From Candidatus Latescibacterota bacterium (GTDB lineage: Bacteria; Latescibacterota; UBA2968; UBA8231): a DNA stretch of 64,000 nt. Below the pieces are notes generated by a model that was not told the origin of the DNA, searched no databases, and saw only the letters and a list, made by a program, of their open reading frames with translations. Positions 52,587-62,555 of the stretch are shown here, in pieces; within the stretch, counting starts at the first letter, position 1; the number at the start of each line of letters is the position of its first letter. The position numbers were made by a program, and so were the translations under genes. Location: assembly GCA_965197905.1 (NCBI GenBank), contig CBDAOB010000003.1, positions 288,001-352,000 of the forward strand, in the 5' to 3' direction.

Positions 52587-53132
52587 TCAGTTTCCGTTGA
52601 GGGCAGCTCGCACATACGCCAGTTCCGCCTCCCCGATGCCCATTTCAGTGAGGTTGCCAATTTGGACAAAATTGGCTTCCTCCTCGTAATCGTTGCCAAG
52701 CATCGACTCCGGCACGTGTCTAGAGGCGTGCGAATGATAAACGACTTGGAGAAAGTGTGGGTAAAGAAACTCGTACCCAGACGGCTTCGGGCCTAGATGC
52801 TCCAAGTGCATGAATCCCAGGAGTGAAATGTTGTCGACCAGCCAACCTGTTTCCTCACACACCTCGCGTCGTAGCGTTTGCTCGAGAGTCTCTTCGTCCT
52901 GCCGCCTTCCACCGGGCAAAACGTGTACGCCATCGCGGTTCCTTAGCGCGAGCACCGACTCGTTTTGCTGAACCAGGCACCGAACGGATGTCACCAACTC
53001 TTCCGGCGCTTGGTAGTTGCTCAGGAAATATCGTACCCGGAGGGGAAGAGTTCCATCAGTCCAAAGTGCTTGGGTCCCGTGAAATGGGTTCTTGCCTTGC
53101 AAGAACGATTGCAGAACGCCGTCACTCCTCAT
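52587..53132 (-). CDS. NUDIX hydrolase
   Basis: LPGGRRQDEETLEQTLRREVCEETG. Confidence 0.9.
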   Translation of the reverse strand: MRSDGVLQSFLQGKNPFHGTQALWTDGTLPLRVRYFLSNYQAPEELVTSVRCLVQQNESVLALRNRDGVHVLPGGRRQDEETLEQTLRREVCEETGWLVDNISLLGFMHLEHLGPKPSGYEFLYPHFLQVVYHSHASRHVPESMLGNDYEEEANFVQIGNLTEMGIGEAELAYVRAALNGN

Positions 53133-53195
53133 TCTTACCTGCTAATGAAGCACTCACCTGAAGATCCGGGGAGTCCCTTCAAATCTACTGGCGCA

Positions 53196-53275
53196 TAACG
53201 CTCAAGAGTGTCCGAACCGGCGCAGTCGGTTTCTCCGAAGCAAAGCGCAGGCGGACACTCGATGATAGACGACGT
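53196..53275 (-). repeat. attC-like site
   Basis: taacg..gagtgtccg/cggacactc stem. Confidence 0.7.
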
Positions 53276-53292
53276 GAAAACGATATTGCCCT

Positions 53293-53808
53293 CTAGTTTG
53301 GCTGAAAAGACGATACCTTCTCAAGGTCCTCGTGTGTTAGTCCAGTACGTGGATCAACGTCGACAAGCAAAGTTGCGCCGCTCCTGGTCCTCGCCCACTC
53401 TTTGGCCACCTCGGTTAGCTCATCATCGAGCCATACGACAGAGGTCGACGACGGAATCTTCGAAACAGTAACCAACTTCACGAAGATCCCATCTTCGTCA
53501 CGTGGAAATTCGATAACTGGTAGCTCTGGCAAGCCTAAGATTGGGGCGAGTACCCGGTTTGCTTCATGCTCCCAGCCGGTTGCCCACACGAGTTTGAATC
53601 TCTCTCCAAGGAGTGAAAGTCTGGTCCCAAGACTTGGCGACAACAAACCCCTCTCCTTTGTATCCGTACCTCCAACGCGATGCTGCAACTCGAACCGTTG
53701 ATAGTTCGTCGGAGCCGTCTTCGCCTGCCACGGGATCAGGACACCATCAACGTCCAGAAGTAACAATGGTTTGTCGAACGACAGGGATTCTGGGTACACT
53801 CTCATCAT
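53293..53808 (-). CDS. HAD-domain protein (RNA-repair 'Swiss Army knife'-like)
   Basis: LLLDVDGVL, LVWATGW, VWLDDE, VDPRTGL. Confidence 0.8.
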   Translation of the reverse strand: MMRVYPESLSFDKPLLLLDVDGVLIPWQAKTAPTNYQRFELQHRVGGTDTKERGLLSPSLGTRLSLLGERFKLVWATGWEHEANRVLAPILGLPELPVIEFPRDEDGIFVKLVTVSKIPSSTSVVWLDDELTEVAKEWARTRSGATLLVDVDPRTGLTHEDLEKVSSFQPN

Positions 53809-53837
53809 GCCATTCTTATGTCGTCTATCGTTTCGCA

Positions 53838-53908
53838 GTTACCGAACCTGCGAAGCAGGTTGCCAAAGGGCCAAGCCGCGTATGCGGCGCAGCGGTAAGT
53901 CTTTGTTA
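53838..53908 (-). repeat. attC-like site (family B)
   Basis: ttaccgaacctgcgaagcaggtt...cggtaagtctttgtta. Confidence 0.78.
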
Positions 53909-53990
53909 AATGACGTGCGGTACGAGTGGCCCAGAGCAGAGTGCCAGAGCGGCTCCTTGACACCGCCCATACCCTCTCGCCAGCATCAAC

Positions 53991-54878
53991 TCATTTAGAA
54001 GATGTGACTGCCCCCAACACGGCTCCGAGTTGTTTCGTGAGGTATGGCGATTCTTTCCTCATCTCACTTACTGACTCCATCAATGGGAAAGCAGGCGCGT
54101 GCCAGTCTCCGTGCCTGTCGTTCACCCGTCTCCCGGTCACGACTTGCGAGTCCTGAGTGTAGCTCTTGAGTCGGTCAATCCCTTCCGCAATGACGACCTT
54201 AGGAAGGGGTTTTCGTCTTCGCCGGGACCACTCCACGAGGTAATAGAGACCTCGCAGGATGTCATATTCGAAAAAGCGGGGGGAAAACGGCTTCAGCCAC
54301 TCGGGATTTACGACACTTCCATTTCCCTTCGAACAAACCAACCGGTGCTCAATCAGGTATCGCGCTCCATTGTCGAGGAATCTTGCCTCCGCATCCGTGT
54401 ACTCACGATCCGTGAAGAATAACACGGCTTCTAAGGGCGGCAGACTGGAAACGATCGAACTCTTACCCGACTTCAGATAGGAGCCCGGGTCACAGTTCAG
54501 TCCTCCATCCGAAAGTTGATGCTTCAGAAACCAATTTCTAATCCACGGCAGATCAGCCTCTACATTGCATCCACAGGCCGACAGGGTCATATAGAATACG
54601 CCCAACTCACAGTGGCAGCAGTCCATTTTTGCTTTGTCTGCTTCTGTCTGCGGAGCATCATCTTCGGTAATGACGAACTTCTGCCAAGCTCCATGCTTGA
54701 GCTGCTCCAACGCGCTGTTCACAGCTAACCGGGGAATCCGTGTCATTTCCCCCATTTCGCACAGAATTGCCAGCTGCCACCATGCCCCGTCCCATTTCCT
54801 TCTGCTCCCTTGGTCCGGTACCGAGAATGCGCCTTCGGACGAAATTACCTCAATTGCTGACTCGACTGCTTTGTCCAT
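53991..54878 (-). CDS. Hypothetical protein with prenyltransferase/squalene-cyclase-like repeat
   Basis: WFLKHQLSDGGLNC, FFEYDILRGL. Confidence 0.65.
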   Translation of the reverse strand: MDKAVESAIEVISSEGAFSVPDQGSRRKWDGAWWQLAILCEMGEMTRIPRLAVNSALEQLKHGAWQKFVITEDDAPQTEADKAKMDCCHCELGVFYMTLSACGCNVEADLPWIRNWFLKHQLSDGGLNCDPGSYLKSGKSSIVSSLPPLEAVLFFTDREYTDAEARFLDNGARYLIEHRLVCSKGNGSVVNPEWLKPFSPRFFEYDILRGLYYLVEWSRRRRKPLPKVVIAEGIDRLKSYTQDSQVVTGRRVNDRHGDWHAPAFPLMESVSEMRKESPYLTKQLGAVLGAVTSSK

Positions 54879-54927
54879 GTTGGTGCCTCCATTAGCGAGT
54901 ATGTTGTCGCCCTCCACCCATGTCATT

Positions 54928-55081
54928 TAACTTCCTCCAGACGAACCATCCGTCCTGGCACGAATCCCAGATTGGTTCCATAGACGCATCAAACGTGCGG
55001 AAATTGGCGCACTGTCACAAGCGGCATCCGAACGCCTCATCCCAGCGACAGGGCCAAGGGAGATGCAGCGGCAACCGGTTA
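54928..55081 (-). repeat. Family C long attC-like element
   Basis: taacttcctccagacgaacc...atccgaacgcctcatcccagcgacagggcc...ggtta. Confidence 0.7.
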
Positions 55082-55096
55082 CAGGAAGAGAGACTC

Positions 55097-55462
55097 TCAA
55101 CCGTCGTTTCGGAGGAACAACGGGCGTCGAATGAACGCTGCGACACCAAAAAGAACAACCAGTACCAAATGACCCACGACGGCACCCCAACCAGCATCGT
55201 GCATCAAGTGAGTCGTGGTTGCCCCAACCATAATCGCTGCAGCCAGCAGTCCAGCGTAACCCATGGCAGGTCGAATCAAGAGGCCGATCCCAACAATGAC
55301 CTCGAGCACCCCAATGACATAGACGATATTGTCTGAGTACCCCCACGTTGCGAACATTTCAGCCCATCTTGGCTGCAAGAGCTTCTGAACGCCAGGTCCA
55401 CCAATAATCAAAGCTAGTAGCCCTTGCAGCACCCACGCTGCAATTCTCATCGGCTTATTCAT
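55097..55462 (-). CDS. DoxX-family membrane protein
   Basis: WVLQGLLA..G..KL, F..WGY, IGVLEV..GIGLLI, GA..THL. Confidence 0.88.
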   Translation of the reverse strand: MNKPMRIAAWVLQGLLALIIGGPGVQKLLQPRWAEMFATWGYSDNIVYVIGVLEVIVGIGLLIRPAMGYAGLLAAAIMVGATTTHLMHDAGWGAVVGHLVLVVLFGVAAFIRRPLFLRNDG

Positions 55463-55526
55463 AGATCCCCTCTTTAGATAGAGCAACGATAACCGCGTCT
55501 GAATTTGGCCTTCTCTTTTCCTGTGT

Positions 55527-55605
55527 CGTTATGCCGGTTTGCGAACCACGAAGCAGCCTGCCGAAGGCCCAGCGCCGAATGGCGCGCAGCGTGAATCGCT
55601 GTAAT
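55527..55605 (-). repeat. attC-like site (family B)
   Basis: gttatgccggtttgcgaacc...ggcccagcgccgaatggcgcgcagcgtgaatcg. Confidence 0.7.
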
Positions 55606-55676
55606 ATCTGATATGGGACCAACCTCCTCATTTTTAAGGAAATCCCATATCTATCTGTCAATGATCACAGTCGGCC

Positions 55677-56525
55677 TCATTCAGCCAGCAGTTCGTCGAT
55701 GTGGTTTGACAAGGCGACTACCAAGTCCTCTGCTCCATCACGGCCAACGTGTCGCAGGCGCAATCCGCCGCTCTTTCCGATGAGGATGGATTGAGGAAGT
55801 GGACTTGCCTGAAATAGACCGCTCAGGTGACCCGATGTATCTATACCTACCCGGAATGCGTATGGATGTCGCCTGACGAAACGCTGAACTGTCTCGATGT
55901 CCTCGCCGCGATTTATGGCGACGAGAACAAAGTCATCTCTGTCCTTGTACTTCTCCTGGATCGTCACGATATCGGGCATTTGGGCAATGCATGGCACGCA
56001 CCAACTAGTCCAAAAATCTAGCAGGACGACACGACCGTTCAGGTCCTCGGAACTCAGCACAGTGCCATCCAGCAGCGAAACGTTGAACGTTCCAATCGTG
56101 GAATTGCCTTCCTCCGTTGAGATCCGAGAGACGTAGCTCGGCGCCACGAAGAGGTACACCAGAAGAAGAAACACGGCCCAGGCCCCTAGCGGAAACCGGA
56201 TGCGCTCAATCAAAAACGGCCCGGTTCGAAGCCAGAGGCCAAGCACTGTGCTCGGCAGGGCAACGCTGAGAAAGAGCAGATAGTGCTCCTGGTGTTCATC
56301 CCACATGAAAAGAGAGAGTATCAACAGGGGTAGGCAGAGTTCGGTGGCCCGTCTGTAGACTTGGCTGGGCGGCCCAGAGCCAAGAACGATACCGGCTGCC
56401 ATGGCAACTGCGGCGGTCAGGACACAAGCTAGATCCGTGCTTCCAAGAAAGCCGAACGCAACACTAACGACGATGGCGAGTAGGCACCCCAGAACCAGGG
56501 TGATGACATCTTTGAGAATGCTCAT
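55677..56525 (-). CDS. Membrane-anchored TlpA/redoxin disulfide reductase
   Basis: Several TMs, then VVLLDFWTSWCVPC. Confidence 0.9.
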   Translation of the reverse strand: MSILKDVITLVLGCLLAIVVSVAFGFLGSTDLACVLTAAVAMAAGIVLGSGPPSQVYRRATELCLPLLILSLFMWDEHQEHYLLFLSVALPSTVLGLWLRTGPFLIERIRFPLGAWAVFLLLVYLFVAPSYVSRISTEEGNSTIGTFNVSLLDGTVLSSEDLNGRVVLLDFWTSWCVPCIAQMPDIVTIQEKYKDRDDFVLVAINRGEDIETVQRFVRRHPYAFRVGIDTSGHLSGLFQASPLPQSILIGKSGGLRLRHVGRDGAEDLVVALSNHIDELLAE

Positions 56526-56638
56526 GTAAGCGACCTCGATCTTCGGCCTGGCGGGTGGCCTTCAACCAGGGAATGTGGCGACAGCCTCGGGCTCACCGAT
56601 TCGTCGTCTCGCTAACTGGCAATTAAGCGGCGAAAATT

Positions 56639-56671
56639 CGGTATATCTCCCTTCATGCTGGAGATATACCG
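56639..56671. other. 12-bp-stem hairpin; homologous copy at 57826-57856
   Basis: cggtatatctcc-cttcatgct-ggagatataccg. Confidence 0.7.
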
Positions 56672-56701
56672 CGTAGATTCCGGTTTTTCTTATCCCATGT
56701 C

Positions 56702-56806
56702 ATATATCTTCCTCAAGACGAACCGTCGGTCCTGGCACGAATCTCAGATCGTTTCCATAGATCCGAACGCCTCGTCCCAGCGACAGGCCAGGGAGCGGTG
56801 CATTAT
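56702..56806 (-). repeat. Family C attC-like element (internally deleted relative to 54928)
   Basis: cttcctcaagacgaacc...atccgaacgcctcgtcccagcgacagg. Confidence 0.7.
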
Positions 56807-56847
56807 ATGACGTGGGACGCTTTGCGTCCAACTGAGCAAACTGTACC

Positions 56848-57609
56848 CTATTGCTTGTCGTTGCGTATCCATTTCGCAACATAATCCAACTCGTCGCTTG
56901 GTACGACGTGCCCCCCGGGAAAAAGGCGAAGAGTCGCCTCGAATCCTTCGCCGGTAAGATGATCGCGGGCTCGTTCTGAAGTAGCGACGGCGGCCCACTC
57001 GTCCTGCTCTCCGTGCAAAAATAGAAGAGAAATACGGTGGGCCGATTTCAGTGCGGATGTGTCGAACCACGCAGGCTCATATTCCGACAATCCGAAAGTA
57101 ATTGCACCTTCGAACAACTCGCTGGCGTATATGCAGGTCTGCACGGCGACGCGAGCACCCTGGGAGAATCCCAGCACGTACACATCATCGATCTCGTATC
57201 GCTGTTGTACCGCGCTCACGGCTCCCGGCAGGGATTCGGTAACCATCAATCGCCTGGCTTTTTCCTGCAAAGCGGCATCCCCTTTGTTGTAGAGAGTCCA
57301 GTCATATCCAAGCCCCCACTCTGACACAAACGCATACGGCGACTCCGGTAGTGCCACCAGGAAACCAGCCTCGGCCAACTGCTCCGCGGGCTCCTGAAAC
57401 TTCTCTACCGAGTTGGCGTAACCATGGAGCACCAGCGTCCGAGGCTTTTCTGGGACATAATTAGGCGGGAGTATCATTTGAATCGGCACGAGAGCCTTCG
57501 TCTCCTGCCAAAATGTCTCTGTTGCTGTCGTTGACATTACATCCTCCGCCCGGATAGCAAGTGGGATGAGCAACATCACCACAACTGCGGTGACACCCAG
57601 TTTATTCAT
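56848..57609 (-). CDS. Exported alpha/beta hydrolase (phospholipase/carboxylesterase)
   Basis: LHGY, GFSQG, HGEQD, GGH. Confidence 0.88.
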   Translation of the reverse strand: MNKLGVTAVVVMLLIPLAIRAEDVMSTTATETFWQETKALVPIQMILPPNYVPEKPRTLVLHGYANSVEKFQEPAEQLAEAGFLVALPESPYAFVSEWGLGYDWTLYNKGDAALQEKARRLMVTESLPGAVSAVQQRYEIDDVYVLGFSQGARVAVQTCIYASELFEGAITFGLSEYEPAWFDTSALKSAHRISLLFLHGEQDEWAAVATSERARDHLTGEGFEATLRLFPGGHVVPSDELDYVAKWIRNDKQ

Positions 57610-57642
57610 GATTCAAGCCTCTCGGTTCTTTTCCCATGTCAA

Positions 57643-57965
57643 GTATCGCCGGTGTGCGAAGCGCGCGGCGGCTTGCCGAAAGCCCAGCGCCGAACGGCGC
57701 GCTGCGTCGAATTCCGTGATATATGAAGTGGAACATTCAGCTCTCGGAGGCGTCCAGTACTCCGTCTTGTCGAGCAGAAGAACAATATTCACCGAGTATA
57801 GACGAACCGATCCGGGCCTGAACATGGTATATCTCCGTTTACGCTGGAGATATGCCGGATGGGATCTGATTCTTCTACCTCCAGTTCATGTATCGGCTCG
57901 CGGCCACATGAACCGGCGAAGCCGGTTTGGCGAAGGAGAATGCCGAAGCCATGTGGCCGCTGTTA
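57643..57965 (-). repeat. Two attC-like sites (57643-57721; 57891-57965) bounding a roughly 175-bp gene-less cassette
   Basis: Both share gaa(c/g)cg..cgaa..cg(g)tt-type hairpins; spacer ends gatatatgaagtgg / ccagttcatgtatc are inverted repeats. Confidence 0.65.
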
Positions 57966-58007
57966 CACGACGTCAGTATCGCATGGATTCGACAAAGTCA
58001 TCTGTTG

Positions 58008-58574
58008 TCATCGTCTTGCTATCGAATAGAGCAACAGATCGATAACTCGTCCATGTATTGTATCCGCGTTTTCGAGCAACTGTTCCTGTGCAAACCCAAG
58101 GCGTTGGAGCAATCGGGCGCTGGGTGTGTTACCAACAGCTGAACAAGCCACCACCCGATCTCTATCTAGAACATCGAATGCATAAGCGATCAAGCGACGA
58201 CCGCAGATAGCCGCGACCCACTTGCCCTGATACTGTGCGCCAACCCAGCATTCGAGTTCGATGGCGTTCGGCTGCTCCGCGACGCTAAGGAAGGAAACCC
58301 AACCAGCAACCTTCCCTTCATAGAGCATACAGAAGGCAGGGCCCTTGCCGCTTTTGCCTTTGTCGCGGTCCTCGATGATGGTTTCCATCTCGTTCATCGA
58401 ACGAATCGCGCCAACCCAGGGTATCCACTCGTTGAGAAAATTCCGGTCAGCTTCAATCAGCGCGAAAAGCCCGACTGCGTCCTTCGGCTGCGCCGAACGT
58501 AAGCCTATCCGAGGTGTCAACTGCTCATCCAGTCGGACAGGAAATCCCATTTTAGGCTCGTGATCGACAACCAC
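58008..58574 (-). CDS. RimJ/RimL-type GNAT acetyltransferase
   Basis: FL.EWIPWV, YQGK, N.PS.RLLQRLGF. Confidence 0.85.
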   Translation of the reverse strand: MVVDHEPKMGFPVRLDEQLTPRIGLRSAQPKDAVGLFALIEADRNFLNEWIPWVGAIRSMNEMETIIEDRDKGKSGKGPAFCMLYEGKVAGWVSFLSVAEQPNAIELECWVGAQYQGKWVAAICGRRLIAYAFDVLDRDRVVACSAVGNTPSARLLQRLGFAQEQLLENADTIHGRVIDLLLYSIARR

Positions 58575-58599
58575 AACTCGTAACTCTTCTCTATCTGGT

Positions 58600-58665
58600 C
58601 ATGAGTGCCCGAAACCTGCGCAGAATTTTTCTCGAAGCGAAGCGGAGGCGGGCACTCGGGGTGAG
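58600..58665 (-). repeat. Degenerate attC-like site (similar to 53196)
   Basis: gagtgcccg/cgggcactc stem. Confidence 0.6.
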
Positions 58666-58676
58666 ACGAATGGCTT

Positions 58677-59744
58677 TCAATCACAATAGATATTGGTAAG
58701 GCTTCGTGATCGATGTGCGTTGCTCAGGACGTCCGTACTATCTGCAAACTGATCGACGCTGCCTACCAGAGGCTGCCGCTTCAACCACTCGTCGCGGATA
58801 CATGCCAAGCATGCGTCCGCAAAGCGATCGCCCCCAAGAACGCGAAAAGGGCGTTCGTGGAACAAGCGGACATCAGGATCGACGGGAGTGGTGAGGTGCA
58901 GTTCATTGTAACAACGTGCGACATATGCATATGCAGAACAAAGCGCCTCTTCGCGAGCGGCGTGGTCAATGGCCACGAGTGCCGTGTCGAGGTGCGGAGC
59001 GAGGCCAGAAGCTATACGGAGGCTTCTGAATGCGCTGCCCAGCCACTTGCTATACGGGGTATATCGCTTCTCTATAAGGAAGCAGAGCCTTATGAGATCG
59101 CGTACGATTCGAGCCGTTAGGATTTGCGAGCCTAGTTCATCACCTACTTCGGCTGTCCGGCCAACAAACGCCTCTTCCTGAGCGATCCGGCGCCACTGGC
59201 AGGCCAAGAGCCAAAGCCAGATGTCGTTTGGATACCACTTCAGTTTACTGCGAACGCGTTTCAAATCTCCCTCAGGATCGTAAAAGACCGCACCTTCTGT
59301 CACTTCCAGCAATAGCTGTTGTGGCGCAGTAAGCCAGTTTTGGGAAGTAATATCCCCTTGCGGATTGAATCCTAGATGAGATTCAAGCCATTCCTCGAGG
59401 GGTGCGACATTCACATGGTGTTGGACGGCGACCTCGTCCCAGCCAAAGCGAACAGGCCACCCATGGAACTCACTTGGCAAGCCGGAATCGATAGCTGCGC
59501 GAGTGGCGACTACCTCTGAAGCGGCGACAAAAACATGCAGCTGTGGTCCCCAGCCATGATCCGTTGACCGAGAGGTATCAAAACCTAGAACATCCGACCC
59601 TGAACCTAACCTGGCTGCGCTGTGAACTCGCTCTCCCATGAGAGGACGAACAGCTTCGATGTAGAACATCCGAGCTAAATCGACACCACTCACAAAGTCG
59701 GTGCCATCGGTGGGTGTATTGCTGGATTCAGGTCTCGAAGTCAC
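58677..59744 (-). CDS. DUF4037-domain protein
   Basis: LGSGSDVLGFD..RSTDHGWGP, AQEEAFVGR, PYSKWLG. Confidence 0.85.
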   Translation of the reverse strand: MTSRPESSNTPTDGTDFVSGVDLARMFYIEAVRPLMGERVHSAARLGSGSDVLGFDTSRSTDHGWGPQLHVFVAASEVVATRAAIDSGLPSEFHGWPVRFGWDEVAVQHHVNVAPLEEWLESHLGFNPQGDITSQNWLTAPQQLLLEVTEGAVFYDPEGDLKRVRSKLKWYPNDIWLWLLACQWRRIAQEEAFVGRTAEVGDELGSQILTARIVRDLIRLCFLIEKRYTPYSKWLGSAFRSLRIASGLAPHLDTALVAIDHAAREEALCSAYAYVARCYNELHLTTPVDPDVRLFHERPFRVLGGDRFADACLACIRDEWLKRQPLVGSVDQFADSTDVLSNAHRSRSLTNIYCD

Positions 59745-59764
59745 TTCTTATAGCGCCGTTCGTC

Positions 59765-59895
59765 TAACGTTCTCTGTGACCCGAACCGCGAACGCGGTTG
59801 CGCGAAGGGCCCGAAGTCGGGCAACGGACGTGTCAATGACGAGGGGTTGCCCGAAGGACCAAGGAGCGTCAGCGTAGCGCAACACCGCGGTGTTA
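59765..59895 (-). repeat. attC-like site (family A) followed by a partial family B site
   Basis: taacgttctctgtgacccgaaccgcgaacgcggtt...; ggttgcccgaagg...ccgcggtgtta. Confidence 0.72.
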
Positions 59896-59942
59896 TGTGG
59901 ACTCACACGAGCAGAAAAGCATGTATGTGCTGAATCTTCCGC

Positions 59943-60494
59943 TCATGCCGAAATACTTTGCCGCTTCGATTCAATTGCTGGTTTGGTGGCCTCGTACGCG
60001 GAATCCGTCAACTGGTTTCTGGATCGTTCGACTTTTCGCTCGAAGACATCGAGCTCGTCATGCGTAAATTCAAGCCTCGGCATAAACTCGAGGTAGTTTG
60101 CCACCTCCATTTCAATGAGGTCGCGCAGTTCAGCTTGGGTAACTGGAATCTCCTCGTTAGTTGCCCGGTTACTAAGTTTCGCATCACCATCTCCCAGAGC
60201 CTCAAAGAAGCCTGCGCGAATGGTCATGCTGAACAGGAACGCTAAACGCTCTGCTCGTTCCCCAATCACCTCGCGGATACGTTGACGATCATCGAGTGAA
60301 GCCGATTCCGTCTCGTAGGATTGCGTGCCATAGATGCTGTGAAACAGCCCACTCACGCAAACGGCCTTATCATTGCCCCAGGTCTTGAGGTAGCCATGAG
60401 TTCCTTGTAGATGATCCAATAAGGCCCCGCCGCTGTGCGGGTTCTTCTCAGTATTCAGCTCATGTAGCAGCTGCAAGTGACTCTGATCAATCAT
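59943..60494 (-). CDS. HD-like (DUF6817-like) protein
   Basis: HSGG.LLDHL.GT...GLFHSIYGT, IGERAERLAFLF. Confidence 0.75.
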   Translation of the reverse strand: MIDQSHLQLLHELNTEKNPHSGGALLDHLQGTHGYLKTWGNDKAVCVSGLFHSIYGTQSYETESASLDDRQRIREVIGERAERLAFLFSMTIRAGFFEALGDGDAKLSNRATNEEIPVTQAELRDLIEMEVANYLEFMPRLEFTHDELDVFERKVERSRNQLTDSAYEATKPAIESKRQSISA

Positions 60495-60602
60495 GATTCG
60501 CCCTTCCCGATTCGTGGAAGACTATATCCATGGGAGTCATAACGTTGCCACCGTTCCCCAACCGCGAATGCGGTTGCGCGAAGGGTGCATGGCCGAAGCC
60601 GG

Positions 60603-61429
60603 GTAGGGTCGAGGACTGGCGCGCCAGCATTAGGGTCCGGTGGGTACTCCATCACTTTCGCAATGGCCCTCAGTCCGGCTCCCATCGTCACGTTTCCAGC
60701 CCCCGCCGCTTCAAACCGTACGTGAGGTTCTCCCTCATACGGCTTACCGACAACCTTCAGCTTGTAGCATGCGAGACTTGGATTGTTCGGCCCATCACGA
60801 CCGACCACATGCGACCAGGGCCGAATAATCTACCTCTCTTGGCAGTCAAGCATAGCCTGCGCAGGAGTTATCGTGATTTGTGAAGTGGTGTGGTTGGCCC
60901 TCTCGGGCATGCACCGTCACTTACCTCCTCGCTGGGCATGGTTGAAGCAGGGATCCTTCCCTCCGACCGAGTTATGTTGTCTCGATCATCCACGGTAGTA
61001 TGACCCCCTCCGACTTCTCATGGGACATCTTCCCGGATTTCACCTTCCGGCTTATACCAGAAATTACAGCGGATGTGGGCCGCTGATCCCATGAGATCTC
61101 CCTTGTTCCACCACTGACTGTCCCCACATTCCACTCCCTCTACGCCGGAGAGTCCTTCGAGGTTGCACGTCCAGATTCTTCACCTCTTCCGTGGCCTTCG
61201 CCCTCCGTGCCCTGGGCTCGGCTCTCTCTGGTCCCTTTCGGGTTAACATTACGACGCGGCAGGATTCCCTTGATGGTACGGACTATGGGGTTGCACCTCG
61301 TTCACAGAGGGATACACCGCTTCAGCACCTCCAGTCACCCGGAAGCACTGGGCGCCTGCTATGGGGCTCTCTGGTGATTACCCCAACCGGACTTTCACCG
61401 GTAAGTCAATGGCAGCTTGCAAGGCACAC
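60603..61429 (-). ncRNA. ORF-less group II intron inserted in an attC-like site (site spans 60540-61443)
   Basis: 5' GUGUG at 61429; domain V taagccgtatgagggagaacctcacgtacggtttg; 3' cgacccuAC at 60603; removal restores gaagccgggcacgg..gtgtta. Confidence 0.9.
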
Positions 61430-61475
61430 GCACGGTCGTGTTAGCCGAAGGCAAAATTGCAATTCATAGGCGCCG

Positions 61476-62507
61476 TCATGACAGCGCATCCTGGATTACG
61501 GTCGCTTCGTTAAGCCAAAAGCGCATGAAACGAACGACCCGGTCGCACTCCGCCATCTCCTCCTCACTTGCTGGCACTTGAGCCCCGCCAGCTGTTGGCC
61601 ACATAGCAGCACAAATGTATGGAAACAGCTCTATCTCCCTTTGGCTCAGTGGGGGTCCTTCCTGGAGATAGCAGTTAACCCAGTGCGCAACGTCGCTTAC
61701 AACTGGTATTTCAGTGCGTTGCCACGTGAAGCCGTCGTAATCCTCAACGAGAGGACCCCATCCAAGCCCAATGTCGATGGCACGAGCGACGTCCTGTATC
61801 CTTGGCGCTAACCTGGCCGTGTCCCAGTCGATCACGCCAACGACGGCATCACCGTCATAGCGACAGTGGTACTGACAGAACTCGCCGTGCACTGGCACGT
61901 GGGGTAACGTGAACCAGTCCTCCAGAATCAGAAATGACCTGATATTGAAAAGGATCTCACGCATCTCATCTATGCACTCGAGTACAATCTGCCGGCTTGA
62001 GGTCGAAATCTGACTGTCTCTCAGATACCCCCGCCCATTGTGGTTGAAGGCCTGGGAATACTCGAATCCCTCGTCGCAGTCCCAGTAACATTTGCCTAGG
62101 CCGCAAGCGACACTCGCCTCGCGATGAAACCACCCTTAAGCGGCGGCACAGGTATCGCATTGTTTCGGTCTTCTTCGTGGGTCAAAGGGCTCCCCAACCC
62201 ACTCCACCACAAAAGCGCCAAGATCGTTTCGATCCCAGACCACATCACCCTCGACAGTACGTAACACGGCAGGGATTGGATACCCGATCTCGTGGAGATA
62301 CCACTGAAGGTCAAATTTGAAACTCGTATCCGAGTCGAACACACCGGTCCATCCGGTCTTCGCAATGTAACGCTGAGAGCCTACAGAAAAACCGATCACA
62401 TGCTCGTGGCGTGGTCTGAACACATGAATGTCGTGAGGTTCGCCTTGCAGACCATAGGCGGCGACGAGTGTGTCCACTATTTCGGCCGCAGCCGAATCCG
62501 TTGTCAT
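61476..62507 (-). pseudogene. Phosphotransferase (homoserine kinase II/APH-like), frameshifted
   Basis: YIAK, GYPIP; VHGEF...VGVIDWD. Confidence 0.75.
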
Positions 62508-62555
62508 GCCAACGCTACTTTTGTGGCGATGTCCCTAACAAAAATTGCTCTCGGC

